Shown: positions 26,769 through 35,682 of the stretch, in pieces
Layout of the letters: every line of letters begins with the position of its first letter
How positions within the stretch are numbered: position 1 is the first letter of the stretch
Source: an uncultured Gammaproteobacteria bacterium
GTDB taxonomy: Bacteria; Patescibacteriota; Microgenomatia; UBA8517; UBA10165
Length of the DNA: 47,670 nucleotides
Assembly (NCBI GenBank): GCA_964366515.1
Contig: CAYIUF010000004.1
Coordinates: forward strand, 1-47,670
Reading direction: 5' to 3'
Program-made: the position numbers and the translations under genes
Notes under the pieces: model-generated
Seen by the model: the letters and a program-made list of their open reading frames with translations, nothing else
Database searches by the model: none
Told to the model about the DNA's origin: nothing

Positions 26769-27631
26769 CGGGTTATATACCTCCAATATGCTCTTGGGAA
26801 ACGAAGAGCGGAAAAAAATGAAAAGACAATCCCCGGAAATCCGTCTAATATTCCTTTGTGTCGTATTTGGGTCAATAGAAACCAATATATAGGTTTGAAA
26901 ATAAAATAATTTAAGCCAGTGCCTGGATCTTTTCCTGCTTTATTCTGACGAAGTTCTCCCGTAATAAGGTCTATATATCGACTATTTCTTTTTATATATC
27001 TTTCAAAGGTTGGGGAGTCAATGTGGAGTAAATTACTCTCAAGCCATCCCACTTTCCCTTGAACAACCATTTGTTCATGAACGCTTTTTGCCGGAAGATA
27101 TGCTTTGCCGCGTTTAATCAGCCTTATTACACCATCTGGATAAACACCGCCATATTTAAGATAGGTGCCCAAAAAATAATTGAGGCGTGGAAGGAAGAAT
27201 GCTGCATACTCGCCTGTTTCAGAACCCATTTTCCCGTCTCGCATTTCTACTAGTTTCTGGTGCCGCAAAAACAACTTTCTGTTCTTCAGTTCAGACTGAT
27301 GTTTATCAACTTCTGCGTCGGACATTCGGATAATTTGTTTAATTTCTTTGGCAAGCCCGAGGGTTACTCTTTCGTCCGCGTCTAGTTGTAATATCCATTC
27401 TCCAGATGCCTTCTCAATTGCTTTCTGTTTATTGATATGGAAATTTGTATGATTTTGCGTTTTTACAACTTTGGCTCCGAAACTTTCTGAAATATCACGA
27501 GTTTGGTCTTTTGAGGACCCGTCAACAATGATTATTTCGTCTGCTATATTTTTTACAGAACTAAGGCAATCTCTAATATTTTCTTCCTCGTTATACGTTG
27601 CCAAAACTACTGAAAGTTTTATTTTTGTCAT
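26765..27631 (-). CDS. GT2 glycosyltransferase (WaaE/KdtX-like)
   Basis: TYNEE, LDADE, YPDxxIRL, VHE and GILDG motifs. Confidence 0.87.
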   Translation of the reverse strand: MTKIKLSVVLATYNEEENIRDCLSSVKNIADEIIIVDGSSKDQTRDISESFGAKVVKTQNHTNFHINKQKAIEKASGEWILQLDADERVTLGLAKEIKQIIRMSDAEVDKHQSELKNRKLFLRHQKLVEMRDGKMGSETGEYAAFFLPRLNYFLGTYLKYGGVYPDGVIRLIKRGKAYLPAKSVHEQMVVQGKVGWLESNLLHIDSPTFERYIKRNSRYIDLITGELRQNKAGKDPGTGLNYFIFKPIYWFLLTQIRHKGILDGFPGIVFSFFSALRFPRAYWRYITR

Positions 27632-27644
27632 ATTAATTTTCTAT

Positions 27645-27755
27645 AACAGAACCCGAGAAAACCGCGAGCTTCTAGCTCGGGGATGAATCGGATTCTGGTA
27701 TGTCGTTCTCGCTTCGGCGAGAAACCGCGGACTTTCAGTCCGCGGAGAACGTCAT
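27645..27755 (+). mobile_element. Non-autonomous IS200/IS605-type hairpin element (PATE/MITE-like), copy 1
   Basis: Left hairpin ccgcgagct-tct-agctcgggg, middle cTTCGg hairpin, right hairpin GAAA-ccgcggact-ttc-agtccgcgg, terminal TCAT; homologous to 34329-34436. Confidence 0.75.
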
Positions 27756-29369
27756 AATCTTGAAGGCTGTTCTCCCGCTTGGGAAGTATATCTCCTTTGA
27801 GACGTTGGCTCCATCGGGCACTTCCTCTGGCGAGCCTGCAATTGTATATTTTGGGTATTTGGCAATTGTGGTTTCCCAATCTGAGTCTAGTCCAAACGAG
27901 TATCGATCAAAGCTTTCAACTGTCGAGAAGCCAAACTTGTCCCTTGAGGTTAAGGAATGTTCGGCTTGGAACTTGTCTGGTGGGTACTTCAAGTAAAACA
28001 AAAACAGAATGTAAGGCTGATCGTATCTTGTGGTCACCAAAAACTGTTTATTGTTGGCTTGTTCTTTCGTAAACAATACAAGTTCTTTGACTCCGTATTG
28101 AGAAGAATAGTCATATGTCTTTGGCATGTGTACATAATAGTTGTGGAGATAGCGAGTAAAGTCCCAAAAGATAAAAATGACAAATGACAAATGACAAATG
28201 ACAAATAGCCCGTGGTTGTTCTTAAGACGTTGAAGCCATGTCGCGATGTTCCATAACCCGTATGCACTTATGACGGTGAGAGGAACTATCATATTTTGGG
28301 CGCGGAGAGCATGGGGGGATTGAAAGGTTAATGCGGCAGGAATTGGGGCAACCACTAGCCAAAGCAAGATTGGAAACCAACCTTTCCCATTTTTTGCAAT
28401 TGCAAGAAGGCCTGCAATTAAGAAAATTAAATCGAACATATACATTGTCCCCATTTCTGGGACTTTATTTCTCTGAATTAAGTCTCCTGAAATAAAGAGA
28501 AAGTTTCCGTCGAAATGTTCCATATAGTTTCTTGCGAACGCGAGGCCGTAGTTAACCCCCTTGTTGTGCAACAACTTCGTTGAAAGACTTGTAGGGTTAT
28601 CGTGCTCTCCCCTCTGCTCGTCGGTCTTGCTTGTTGGCCCTAAATCTGCCAATAGTCCTACGCCAGAAGCTCGAGAGATACCTGCTGGACCTAATAAATC
28701 TTTTGCTAGGGGTAAAATTAAAACCAAACTCATTACAAGAGTTGCAAAAAAAACTTTTTTATTTTTTCCAAGGACAGCTTTGCGAAACTTTATGAGTAAT
28801 CCTAATGCAAGCAGCGGAACAACAATCCGTGCTGAGTGATATGTGTATAAAGCTGCAATCCATGAAATTGCTGACACAAGCAGCCATTTTTGTTTTTTTG
28901 TAGATTTTAAGAAGCCCCAGAAGCCCAAAGCCATAAAGAACGTTCCAGCATTTGCTTCCCAACCACCTCTTGAAAAATGAAGATGCCAAGGGGAGATTGC
29001 AAGAAAGATAGCAGAAATTTCGGGCAGCCATTTCTTGTCTGGAAAAAGTTCTTTAACTAATAACCAAACCAAAAACACTGTTCCCACACCCAATGTCGCA
29101 CCAGGTATCCGTACTGCCCACTCGTTGAGCCCGAAAACTTTAACAAATGGCATGACCAAGTAAAAATATAATCCGGGTTTGTAATCATTGAACGATTGAA
29201 AATGAATTGGCCACGTATTTGAATGTTCATCTTTGCCTGTTTCCAAAAGTGAGTGCGCGTTATAAACTATTGCGGCCTCATCGGCGTTTAGTGCAGGAAG
29301 TGAGTCAAGTTTATAAAACCTAAGTACGGTTGCAAGAATAATGATGAGGACAATTACTATTTTTTTCAT
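27735..29369 (-). CDS. GT-C ArnT/PMT (GT83/GT39)-like glycosyltransferase
   Basis: LNADEAAIVYNAHSLLETGKDE, SFNDYK, AISPWH.HFSR and YTYHSAR motifs. Confidence 0.85.
   Translation of the reverse strand: MKKIVIVLIIILATVLRFYKLDSLPALNADEAAIVYNAHSLLETGKDEHSNTWPIHFQSFNDYKPGLYFYLVMPFVKVFGLNEWAVRIPGATLGVGTVFLVWLLVKELFPDKKWLPEISAIFLAISPWHLHFSRGGWEANAGTFFMALGFWGFLKSTKKQKWLLVSAISWIAALYTYHSARIVVPLLALGLLIKFRKAVLGKNKKVFFATLVMSLVLILPLAKDLLGPAGISRASGVGLLADLGPTSKTDEQRGEHDNPTSLSTKLLHNKGVNYGLAFARNYMEHFDGNFLFISGDLIQRNKVPEMGTMYMFDLIFLIAGLLAIAKNGKGWFPILLWLVVAPIPAALTFQSPHALRAQNMIVPLTVISAYGLWNIATWLQRLKNNHGLFVICHLSFVIFIFWDFTRYLHNYYVHMPKTYDYSSQYGVKELVLFTKEQANNKQFLVTTRYDQPYILFLFYLKYPPDKFQAEHSLTSRDKFGFSTVESFDRYSFGLDSDWETTIAKYPKYTIAGSPEEVPDGANVSKEIYFPSGRTAFKIMTFSAD
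28175..28206. repeat. Intragenic heptamer tandem repeat (AAATGAC)x~4.5
   Basis: Four perfect aaatgac units plus aaat; encodes FVICHLSFVI. Confidence 0.92.
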
Positions 29370-31018
29370 TGAATTTTAAGAACCCGAAACGCTGTTGTTC
29401 CGTTCAGCCTTTTTATATCTTGAGCCTGGGCATCTTTAAGATCAAAAATAGCGGGAAAGGGGGGTGTTTCTGGATCATAAACAATCATGGTTTTGGGTTT
29501 TTGGATATCCCCCTCGGTTGCGTCTCGAAATTGGATTTTCCCAAGTTTTGCGGTCTTGCCTACATCTCCATAAAGACTTGCTTCAAAGGACGTCTTTGCG
29601 ACATCTTGAAACCTTTTTGGGTCGTATTTTTGGTGGAACAGGAAAAATATATATGGTTGGTTATAGCTTGGCTGAAAAATAATATTGTCAAACTCGTCTT
29701 CGCTTCTTGTTACAACTTGTACAGCTTCCTTATACCCATATGCCCATGCTCCAGAATCATGTACCGGATAATGGACATGATATTGATCAAGGTAGTATAA
29801 ATAGTTGCCAGCTAACCCGAATGTTAGAGCGCATAAGATAGTGTGTTTGAGTTTTGACTTTTTAATTAATTCAGCCAATTGCAGTACTCCAAATGCAGCT
29901 AACACAGAAATGGGAATAACCAACTGATAACTTCTAACCGCGTGTGATGAGTCTCGTGATAACGAAGCTGGCAAGGGAGCAAGAATAAGCCACAAGAGAA
30001 TAAATGCGACTCCAGTTCTTTTAGACTTGAACAATCCCAAAAATCCAAGTGCAAGGAGAGGTGCCTGGACCAGTAAAAGCATGCCTGTATCGGTTGCATG
30101 ATGGCGTGGATTTTCGTCCCCTTTAAAAAACAAAAAGTCTGCAGAATAATGGTTTAGCCACCTGCCCAAGATTCCTCGAACAAAGGATAGGGGTTCAGTG
30201 TGGTAGAGATAAAACTCAATCCCCAAATTGCCGTTTTTGTCTTGTCTTAATATTTCTTCAATTGCCGCTTTGGGTCTAACGTAGGAAAAAACACTAAATA
30301 CTTCTAGCCGCCCGGCTTTGCCTTGGAAGAAACTTAAGAATATTGGTAGGGTGATTATCAACCCGAACACTGCGGCTTTTGCTACATGTTCTTTGTTTTT
30401 AAGAACTACCTTCAAGTTGCAGGCTATAAGTGATAGCACAACTAGAGCGGTGGAGAGTTTTGCGCCCTGATAAGTCCAGAATGTTAGGGCGAAAAATAGT
30501 ACAGAGAAAATAAGTTTGTTCCTCTTTCCTTCTACAAATTCTAGAAAGTAATAAATGCCTGCAAGAATTAAAGTTAGGGCAACATTTGCTTCCCAAGCAC
30601 CTCGCGAGAAGTGTATATGCCATGGTGTCAGAGCAAGCACAAGGGCAGATATCGAGGCCATATTCTTGTCTTTAAACAGCTTCAGGACTACTAGATATAG
30701 TAGCCATATAGCCAAGATTCCTGATATGGCGCTTGGAAGTCTAACAGCCCATTCATTTAATCCCATGATTGCAACAAACGGGACAGTCAGATATACATAA
30801 AGTCCGGGCTTCCAATCGCCAAAAGATTTGAAAATTACTGGCAAAAAAGACCCATGCTCGTCTCTTGCCGTGGTTAAAATAGAGTAGGCGTTATACCCAA
30901 GCGCTGCCTCGTCACTGTTCAGATGTGGCGGATTGGAGTTTAGATGCCACAACCGAAGTAGGGCTCCGACAATTAAGGCAGCCAGTAGCAGTTTGTTTTT
31001 AAGCATAAAATTTACCAT
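29366..31018 (-). CDS. GT-C ArnT/PMT-like glycosyltransferase
   Basis: LNSDEAALGYNAYSILTTARDE, SFGDWK and PWHIHFSR motifs. Confidence 0.85.
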   Translation of the reverse strand: MVNFMLKNKLLLAALIVGALLRLWHLNSNPPHLNSDEAALGYNAYSILTTARDEHGSFLPVIFKSFGDWKPGLYVYLTVPFVAIMGLNEWAVRLPSAISGILAIWLLYLVVLKLFKDKNMASISALVLALTPWHIHFSRGAWEANVALTLILAGIYYFLEFVEGKRNKLIFSVLFFALTFWTYQGAKLSTALVVLSLIACNLKVVLKNKEHVAKAAVFGLIITLPIFLSFFQGKAGRLEVFSVFSYVRPKAAIEEILRQDKNGNLGIEFYLYHTEPLSFVRGILGRWLNHYSADFLFFKGDENPRHHATDTGMLLLVQAPLLALGFLGLFKSKRTGVAFILLWLILAPLPASLSRDSSHAVRSYQLVIPISVLAAFGVLQLAELIKKSKLKHTILCALTFGLAGNYLYYLDQYHVHYPVHDSGAWAYGYKEAVQVVTRSEDEFDNIIFQPSYNQPYIFFLFHQKYDPKRFQDVAKTSFEASLYGDVGKTAKLGKIQFRDATEGDIQKPKTMIVYDPETPPFPAIFDLKDAQAQDIKRLNGTTAFRVLKIQ

Positions 31019-32703
31019 TACATCTTCTCCAGTATTTCAAATGCGGGTTTACCATCAAGAAAATCTACTTTCTCGAGTAAATTCCAGTCTGGTGGATGGC
31101 TTCCTGGCGAGGTTATGAGCAGTGTTTTCTTGGGTATAACAGAAATCGTTCCTCCACTTTCTAACTTCCAAGACTTGTTCGTCTCTTTTGGTATATCCCA
31201 ATCGTTCATAAAATAAAACTTGTCGAATCTATCAACCCAGAACCATTCAGATTGTGCGAATCTCACAAGGTTTGGGTCATTTTCATAGCTTGCTGGATCC
31301 CAAGGCCAAAAGAAAAGCAAAAATTCATGAGGCTCACCGTACTTTTTGGTAATTATTATCTTGTCATACTTTTGGTAATTAGTCTTTATATAGGTAACTA
31401 CCTCTTTGTACCCGTATTGCCAATCTTGTGAATAGGCAACCGGGTATACAAAAAACATGTTCTTTAAATATGCAGATACTTGAAAAAGAAGAAGCGCTGC
31501 AAATCCAATGGCTAAAGATTTAGACAACCACGCTTTCCTTGCTTGGATGATTTCAAATATCTTGTACCCACCCAAAACAGTTAACAATTCGGGAATGGGC
31601 AACATAGCAGTTGAGCGCAAAACTGCATATTTTTCTTGTGTTACGCTTGCAGCAATTGGGGCCATCAATAACCATGCTAAGACAAATTGGTAGTTTTTAT
31701 TGTTCTTTGCGCGTTTTATTAAGATGAATAATCCTAAGTAGAAAAATGGCAGGTATGCAGAATAAAGCACTCCATTGTCAGGAATACTGAATTGATATTG
31801 CGTCCCCCCCTTTAGAAATAAATACTGAGGAGAGAAGTATCCTAAATAATTTGATGCAAACTTCTGTGCAAAAAAGACAGGCCGGTTGTATAGGAGCTTT
31901 GTTGCAATAGGAGTAAGAGTCGACTGGTTTCTTTGTTCCTCAATCTTAGCAATAGCTCCCTTGTCGACTAAGAAAATCCAGTTAGCCCTGGCTCTTGCTT
32001 CAGGATTATTCAAAAGCACGGGTAGTGGTGCAAAAAATAGCAAAATCAAAACCGCTGAAATGATTCCTGTCTTTGACTTGAAGTGTTCTAAAAGTTTCTG
32101 TCTATAAATAATCGCAATTGCGACTAGCAGTATCGGAGCAAAGATTCTTGTTGAGTGGTATGAAAATAAAGTTAAGCCCAGAAGGGTGAATGCGACAGGC
32201 AACAAGTATTTTTTCTTGGTGTTAATACCGTTTACGAAAAATGCGGCTGATGCTGTAAGGAGTGCAACTGATAGATTTGATTGCAGGACAAATCTTGAAG
32301 TAAACAAGTGCCAAGGATCAATGGCTACAAGAAATGCTCCGAATATGCTAAGCTTCTTGTTTTTAGTAATTCCTAAAAAGAGAAAGTATGAGGATAAAAT
32401 AGTTATCGTCCCAAGCAAAGCGTGTGGGAATCTTATTGCGAATTCATTTAATCCGAGAAGTTTTATAAAAGGCAGGGTTACATAAAGATTAAGAGGGAGT
32501 GGATAGTCTCCGTATGCGCGAAAGTTTGATATTGGAAAATTTTTCCCCCACTCATCTTTTCCGGTCTTTAAAATTGAGTAGGCGTTATATCCGTGGCTAA
32601 CCTCATCCCAATTCAAACTTGGTGGAACTTTATCTATTTGATATATGCGCAATAAAAATCCAAAAGCGCATATCAACAAGATAGGCAGTAACTTTTTAAG
32701 CAT
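31018..32703 (-). CDS. GT-C ArnT/PMT-like glycosyltransferase
   Basis: LNWDEVSHGYNAYSILKTGKDE, AYGDY and PWHLFTSR motifs; start 32703 or 32724. Confidence 0.85.
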   Translation of the reverse strand: MLKKLLPILLICAFGFLLRIYQIDKVPPSLNWDEVSHGYNAYSILKTGKDEWGKNFPISNFRAYGDYPLPLNLYVTLPFIKLLGLNEFAIRFPHALLGTITILSSYFLFLGITKNKKLSIFGAFLVAIDPWHLFTSRFVLQSNLSVALLTASAAFFVNGINTKKKYLLPVAFTLLGLTLFSYHSTRIFAPILLVAIAIIYRQKLLEHFKSKTGIISAVLILLFFAPLPVLLNNPEARARANWIFLVDKGAIAKIEEQRNQSTLTPIATKLLYNRPVFFAQKFASNYLGYFSPQYLFLKGGTQYQFSIPDNGVLYSAYLPFFYLGLFILIKRAKNNKNYQFVLAWLLMAPIAASVTQEKYAVLRSTAMLPIPELLTVLGGYKIFEIIQARKAWLSKSLAIGFAALLLFQVSAYLKNMFFVYPVAYSQDWQYGYKEVVTYIKTNYQKYDKIIITKKYGEPHEFLLFFWPWDPASYENDPNLVRFAQSEWFWVDRFDKFYFMNDWDIPKETNKSWKLESGGTISVIPKKTLLITSPGSHPPDWNLLEKVDFLDGKPAFEILEKM

Positions 32704-34330
32704 GTTTTTTAAATAATAGTCCAAACACTGCGATCGAAACCAAACTTATTAGGTTTCCAGTTGTCCTTATTGGTGTATTTGTAAAGTTTAAAACGATATT
32801 TTGATTTTCACCTTCGGGGAGCTTTGCAGTAACAAGGCCAAATTCGCCTGTCGGGTATGTGTTTGTTCTATTGCTGTTGACGCTTGCAATCCACCCAGGG
32901 AAGTATGCAATTGGAAATTGGACTTCGGATTCTTTATCAAGATTAACTATATATGAGGCTTTGTTTGTTGTTTTTCCGATTTCCTTGCCCACAAACCCTT
33001 CATCAGAAAGAGCATTTTTCGTAGCTTGCAATACAGGTATAGTTTTTGCAAACACAGGCCAATAGTCTCCAATTGAAGACGCTTGCTGTTCTTCCCATTT
33101 TGCACCTGAAAACTGTTCTTTGTCTGAAATTTTAAACCACAGGTCTTCTCTAAAAAAAGATAAGTTTGTTGCAATTACAACTCCCAAAATTACCCATGTT
33201 ATGTATTTAAATCGGGCAAAGACGAGTGCCATTGCTCCTCCAGCCAAAGAAAAACAGAACGTGGCAATAGAGAGAAAACGCCACGGAAATTGCAAATACC
33301 ACATAGGCTTGATATGCTCCCAAACTTGCGCAGATTTATTGTGTGTTAGAAAAAGTGCGAACCATCCAAGAATAGTTAATACTACCGCATCTTTTACTTC
33401 GCTTTTTTTGGAAAAGGTCAATAATATGATGCCGAGTATTGGTATTATCCATTGAACTTGCCCCACCGAAAGACTCAGTCTGTCATCTGGCCCAAACAGC
33501 GAGGCTCCGTAACCCCAATAGCGGGAAAATAAAAGTTGGGAAAACCCTGCAAAATGCCCTCTGAAGTCAAAGTAACCTTGGATTGTGGAGTCGAGATTGA
33601 TAAACTTTGTCTCAAAAATAACTGGTAGTAAATAATAAGAAGATAGGGCAACGGCACCAATTGCGGAGATTGCCATCGGAAAAATCCTCTTGTAACTTTT
33701 ACTTTCAAATATTTTAAATGCTAAAAAAATAGCTAAAGTAGGTATAAACATAAAAAGAGATAAATTATGCGTGAGAATTAACATGGATAGGCAGAGAGAT
33801 AGGTAAAAAAGGTTAATTTTCTTGCCTCCATCCATAAATTTGAGGGCAAAGAGGATTATTAAAGGAAAAAAAACGAAAGCCCAAGCCTCCGGAAGTGCTG
33901 CCCTGACCCAGACATCTAGTGCCCTGTACGGAGCGTATATGTATAGTATGGCGCTAAGTAGAGCTGAGTTGTTGTTTTTCCATAGATACTTTCCTAAGGT
34001 GAACATTGTAATCGCGGAAAAAACGAGAGACAGTGCAAACGCAATTTTTGTAGAATCGATTATTTGAAAACCAATTAGATGAAATGCTTCCCCCACAATA
34101 AACGGCACACGTGTGTAGAAGTTGAATAAAGGTTCGCCATAGCCATGCGCAGAATCAGGAGACCATCTACATGGGATCTGGAAATCTTTAATACATTTAT
34201 CAAATTCATAAAGTCTAAATACGTGAGGATCCTGCATTGAATAAATCCCAGGACGAAGCATTCTAAAAAAAGTTGGAATAGCCAAAACACAAACAAGAAG
34301 AATTAATATTTTGTCTTTACTGATTTTCAT
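32696..34330 (-). CDS. GT-C membrane protein, 'PTPS-related'/YfhO-like family
   Basis: QIPCRW...GYGEPLFNFY, YAPYR, THN, QFPWR and YFPGW motifs; start at MKISK because the upstream extension comes from the inserted element. Confidence 0.78.
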   Translation of the reverse strand: MKISKDKILILLVCVLAIPTFFRMLRPGIYSMQDPHVFRLYEFDKCIKDFQIPCRWSPDSAHGYGEPLFNFYTRVPFIVGEAFHLIGFQIIDSTKIAFALSLVFSAITMFTLGKYLWKNNNSALLSAILYIYAPYRALDVWVRAALPEAWAFVFFPLIILFALKFMDGGKKINLFYLSLCLSMLILTHNLSLFMFIPTLAIFLAFKIFESKSYKRIFPMAISAIGAVALSSYYLLPVIFETKFINLDSTIQGYFDFRGHFAGFSQLLFSRYWGYGASLFGPDDRLSLSVGQVQWIIPILGIILLTFSKKSEVKDAVVLTILGWFALFLTHNKSAQVWEHIKPMWYLQFPWRFLSIATFCFSLAGGAMALVFARFKYITWVILGVVIATNLSFFREDLWFKISDKEQFSGAKWEEQQASSIGDYWPVFAKTIPVLQATKNALSDEGFVGKEIGKTTNKASYIVNLDKESEVQFPIAYFPGWIASVNSNRTNTYPTGEFGLVTAKLPEGENQNIVLNFTNTPIRTTGNLISLVSIAVFGLLFKKHA

Positions 34331-34436
34331 GACGTTCTCCACGGCCTTTAGTCCGCGGTTTCACTCCTGAGAGAGAACGACATATCAAGTTCAATTCCTC
34401 CGCGAATTAAGAATTCGCGGTTTCCTTGAATTTGTT
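34329..34436 (-). mobile_element. Non-autonomous IS200/IS605-type hairpin element, copy 2
   Basis: Minus strand: TCAT|aacaaattcaagGAAAccgcgaatt-ctt-aattcgcgg...tatgtcgttctc...GAAAccgcggactaaaggccgtggagaacgTCAT. Confidence 0.75.
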
Positions 34437-35666
34437 ATGACGAGTCGACTTCAATGTCAAAATGGAAATGAACGCAGCAGTGGAAGCAAATAGTCCAAAG
34501 AAAATACTCCTTAATGTAATTTCTGGAAAAATTTTTGAAAGTATCGGTACAAGGGAGAAATCTCGACCCCACGGAGCGTTAACTGGAGAAAAAAGCCCAG
34601 TATTTAATGACGGTTCAAACAATAAAACGATTCCAACAAAACAAGCAATTAGTACTGCCACGGGCAAATATGACTTCCTGCCAAGTCTAACTAAAAGTAT
34701 TACCAAAAGCGGAGTAATCCAGACAAACCATTGTGGGTGAAAGTGAACAAAACTGTAAAAAAGCAAAAGTGGAAGTATAAACCACTGCCATAGCGTGTAT
34801 TTTTTAGTAAAGTAAAGACAGCACCAATAAATTATAAAAAGTCCTACGAGAAATAAGGGAAGAAAAGCACCGCCAGAGATGGGAATTTTTGCAAAGAATA
34901 TTTTATCTGACTGTGAAGCAAGCAATGCATAATGCCTAAAACCTGCCGAAGGCAAATAAGGCAGGAGCACTGCAATATAGGTCGCGGCTCCGACCAAAAA
35001 CACACTCAATCTTTTCCAAAAAGATCCTGGTGTATAAAATGCAAGTATGGGAAGAAGAACAAATACGAATTGTTTTACTGTTGCGCCAAGGGCTAACACA
35101 ACTGCGGCGAGTAAAAACTTTTTGCTTTTAGCAAGAACTAAACATAAAACGATTGAGAGTGCAAGCAGTACGTCGAATTGCGAAATCATGTAAGTTCCAT
35201 ATATAACAACTGGATTTAACAACCAGAAAATTTGAGCAAGGAGTTTTTGATTTTTGTTTTCAAAAAGTTTACCCAAAAAGTAGACTATAAGAAGATCCGG
35301 CAATAGATAGGGAAGTTTTAAAAGGTAAAGCAAAAGTGGTAATTGTGGATTACCAATTGTTTTCCACATGTCGTAAATTAAAGTATTAAATAAGTCATGT
35401 GGGTAAAGCCCAGAGAGTAATTTCATAAAAACTGACGGGTAAAGATAAGCTATTGGAGGGTATATAAAAAGATCTTTTCCGTACAATTTAACTAAAGGGT
35501 CATTTGTATCTTGTTGGGATAAATAATCATAGAAATCCAAAACATGTCCTTTTGAAATTAGGTCTGCGCCTAAGTTATATCCTCTTATATCAGGATGCAA
35601 AGTTGTAGGAATAATAATAAGTCTTAATATTAGACCCAATAGCAGCCATGGAATTAGTTTTTTCAT
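34407..35666 (-). CDS. GT-C membrane glycosyltransferase (GT87/DUF2029-like)
   Basis: HPD after TM1, YPP, LKLPY..D, WLLNP, QFD and HPQW motifs. Confidence 0.7.
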   Translation of the reverse strand: MKKLIPWLLLGLILRLIIIPTTLHPDIRGYNLGADLISKGHVLDFYDYLSQQDTNDPLVKLYGKDLFIYPPIAYLYPSVFMKLLSGLYPHDLFNTLIYDMWKTIGNPQLPLLLYLLKLPYLLPDLLIVYFLGKLFENKNQKLLAQIFWLLNPVVIYGTYMISQFDVLLALSIVLCLVLAKSKKFLLAAVVLALGATVKQFVFVLLPILAFYTPGSFWKRLSVFLVGAATYIAVLLPYLPSAGFRHYALLASQSDKIFFAKIPISGGAFLPLFLVGLFIIYWCCLYFTKKYTLWQWFILPLLLFYSFVHFHPQWFVWITPLLVILLVRLGRKSYLPVAVLIACFVGIVLLFEPSLNTGLFSPVNAPWGRDFSLVPILSKIFPEITLRSIFFGLFASTAAFISILTLKSTRHNKFKETANS

Positions 35667-35682
35667 TAATACCAGAGTATCA
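35667..35682 (-). promoter_or_regulatory. Internal extended -10 (putative leaderless promoter)
   Basis: TG-a-TACTCT 7 nt before ATG 35666; the TGA is also the stop codon of the upstream gene. Confidence 0.45.

Noticed and set aside
27657-27754. Hairpins as Rho-independent terminators, tRNA or CRISPR repeats
   Set aside because: No convincing U-tract arrangement, no cloverleaf or T-loop consensus, no repeat-spacer periodicity; better explained as a mobile mini-element
27628-27996. Short ORFs 27628-27879 (-) and 27700-27996 (+) spanning the hairpin element
   Set aside because: No HUH/Y1 or other transposase motif; by-products of the GC-rich palindromes overlapping a real gene
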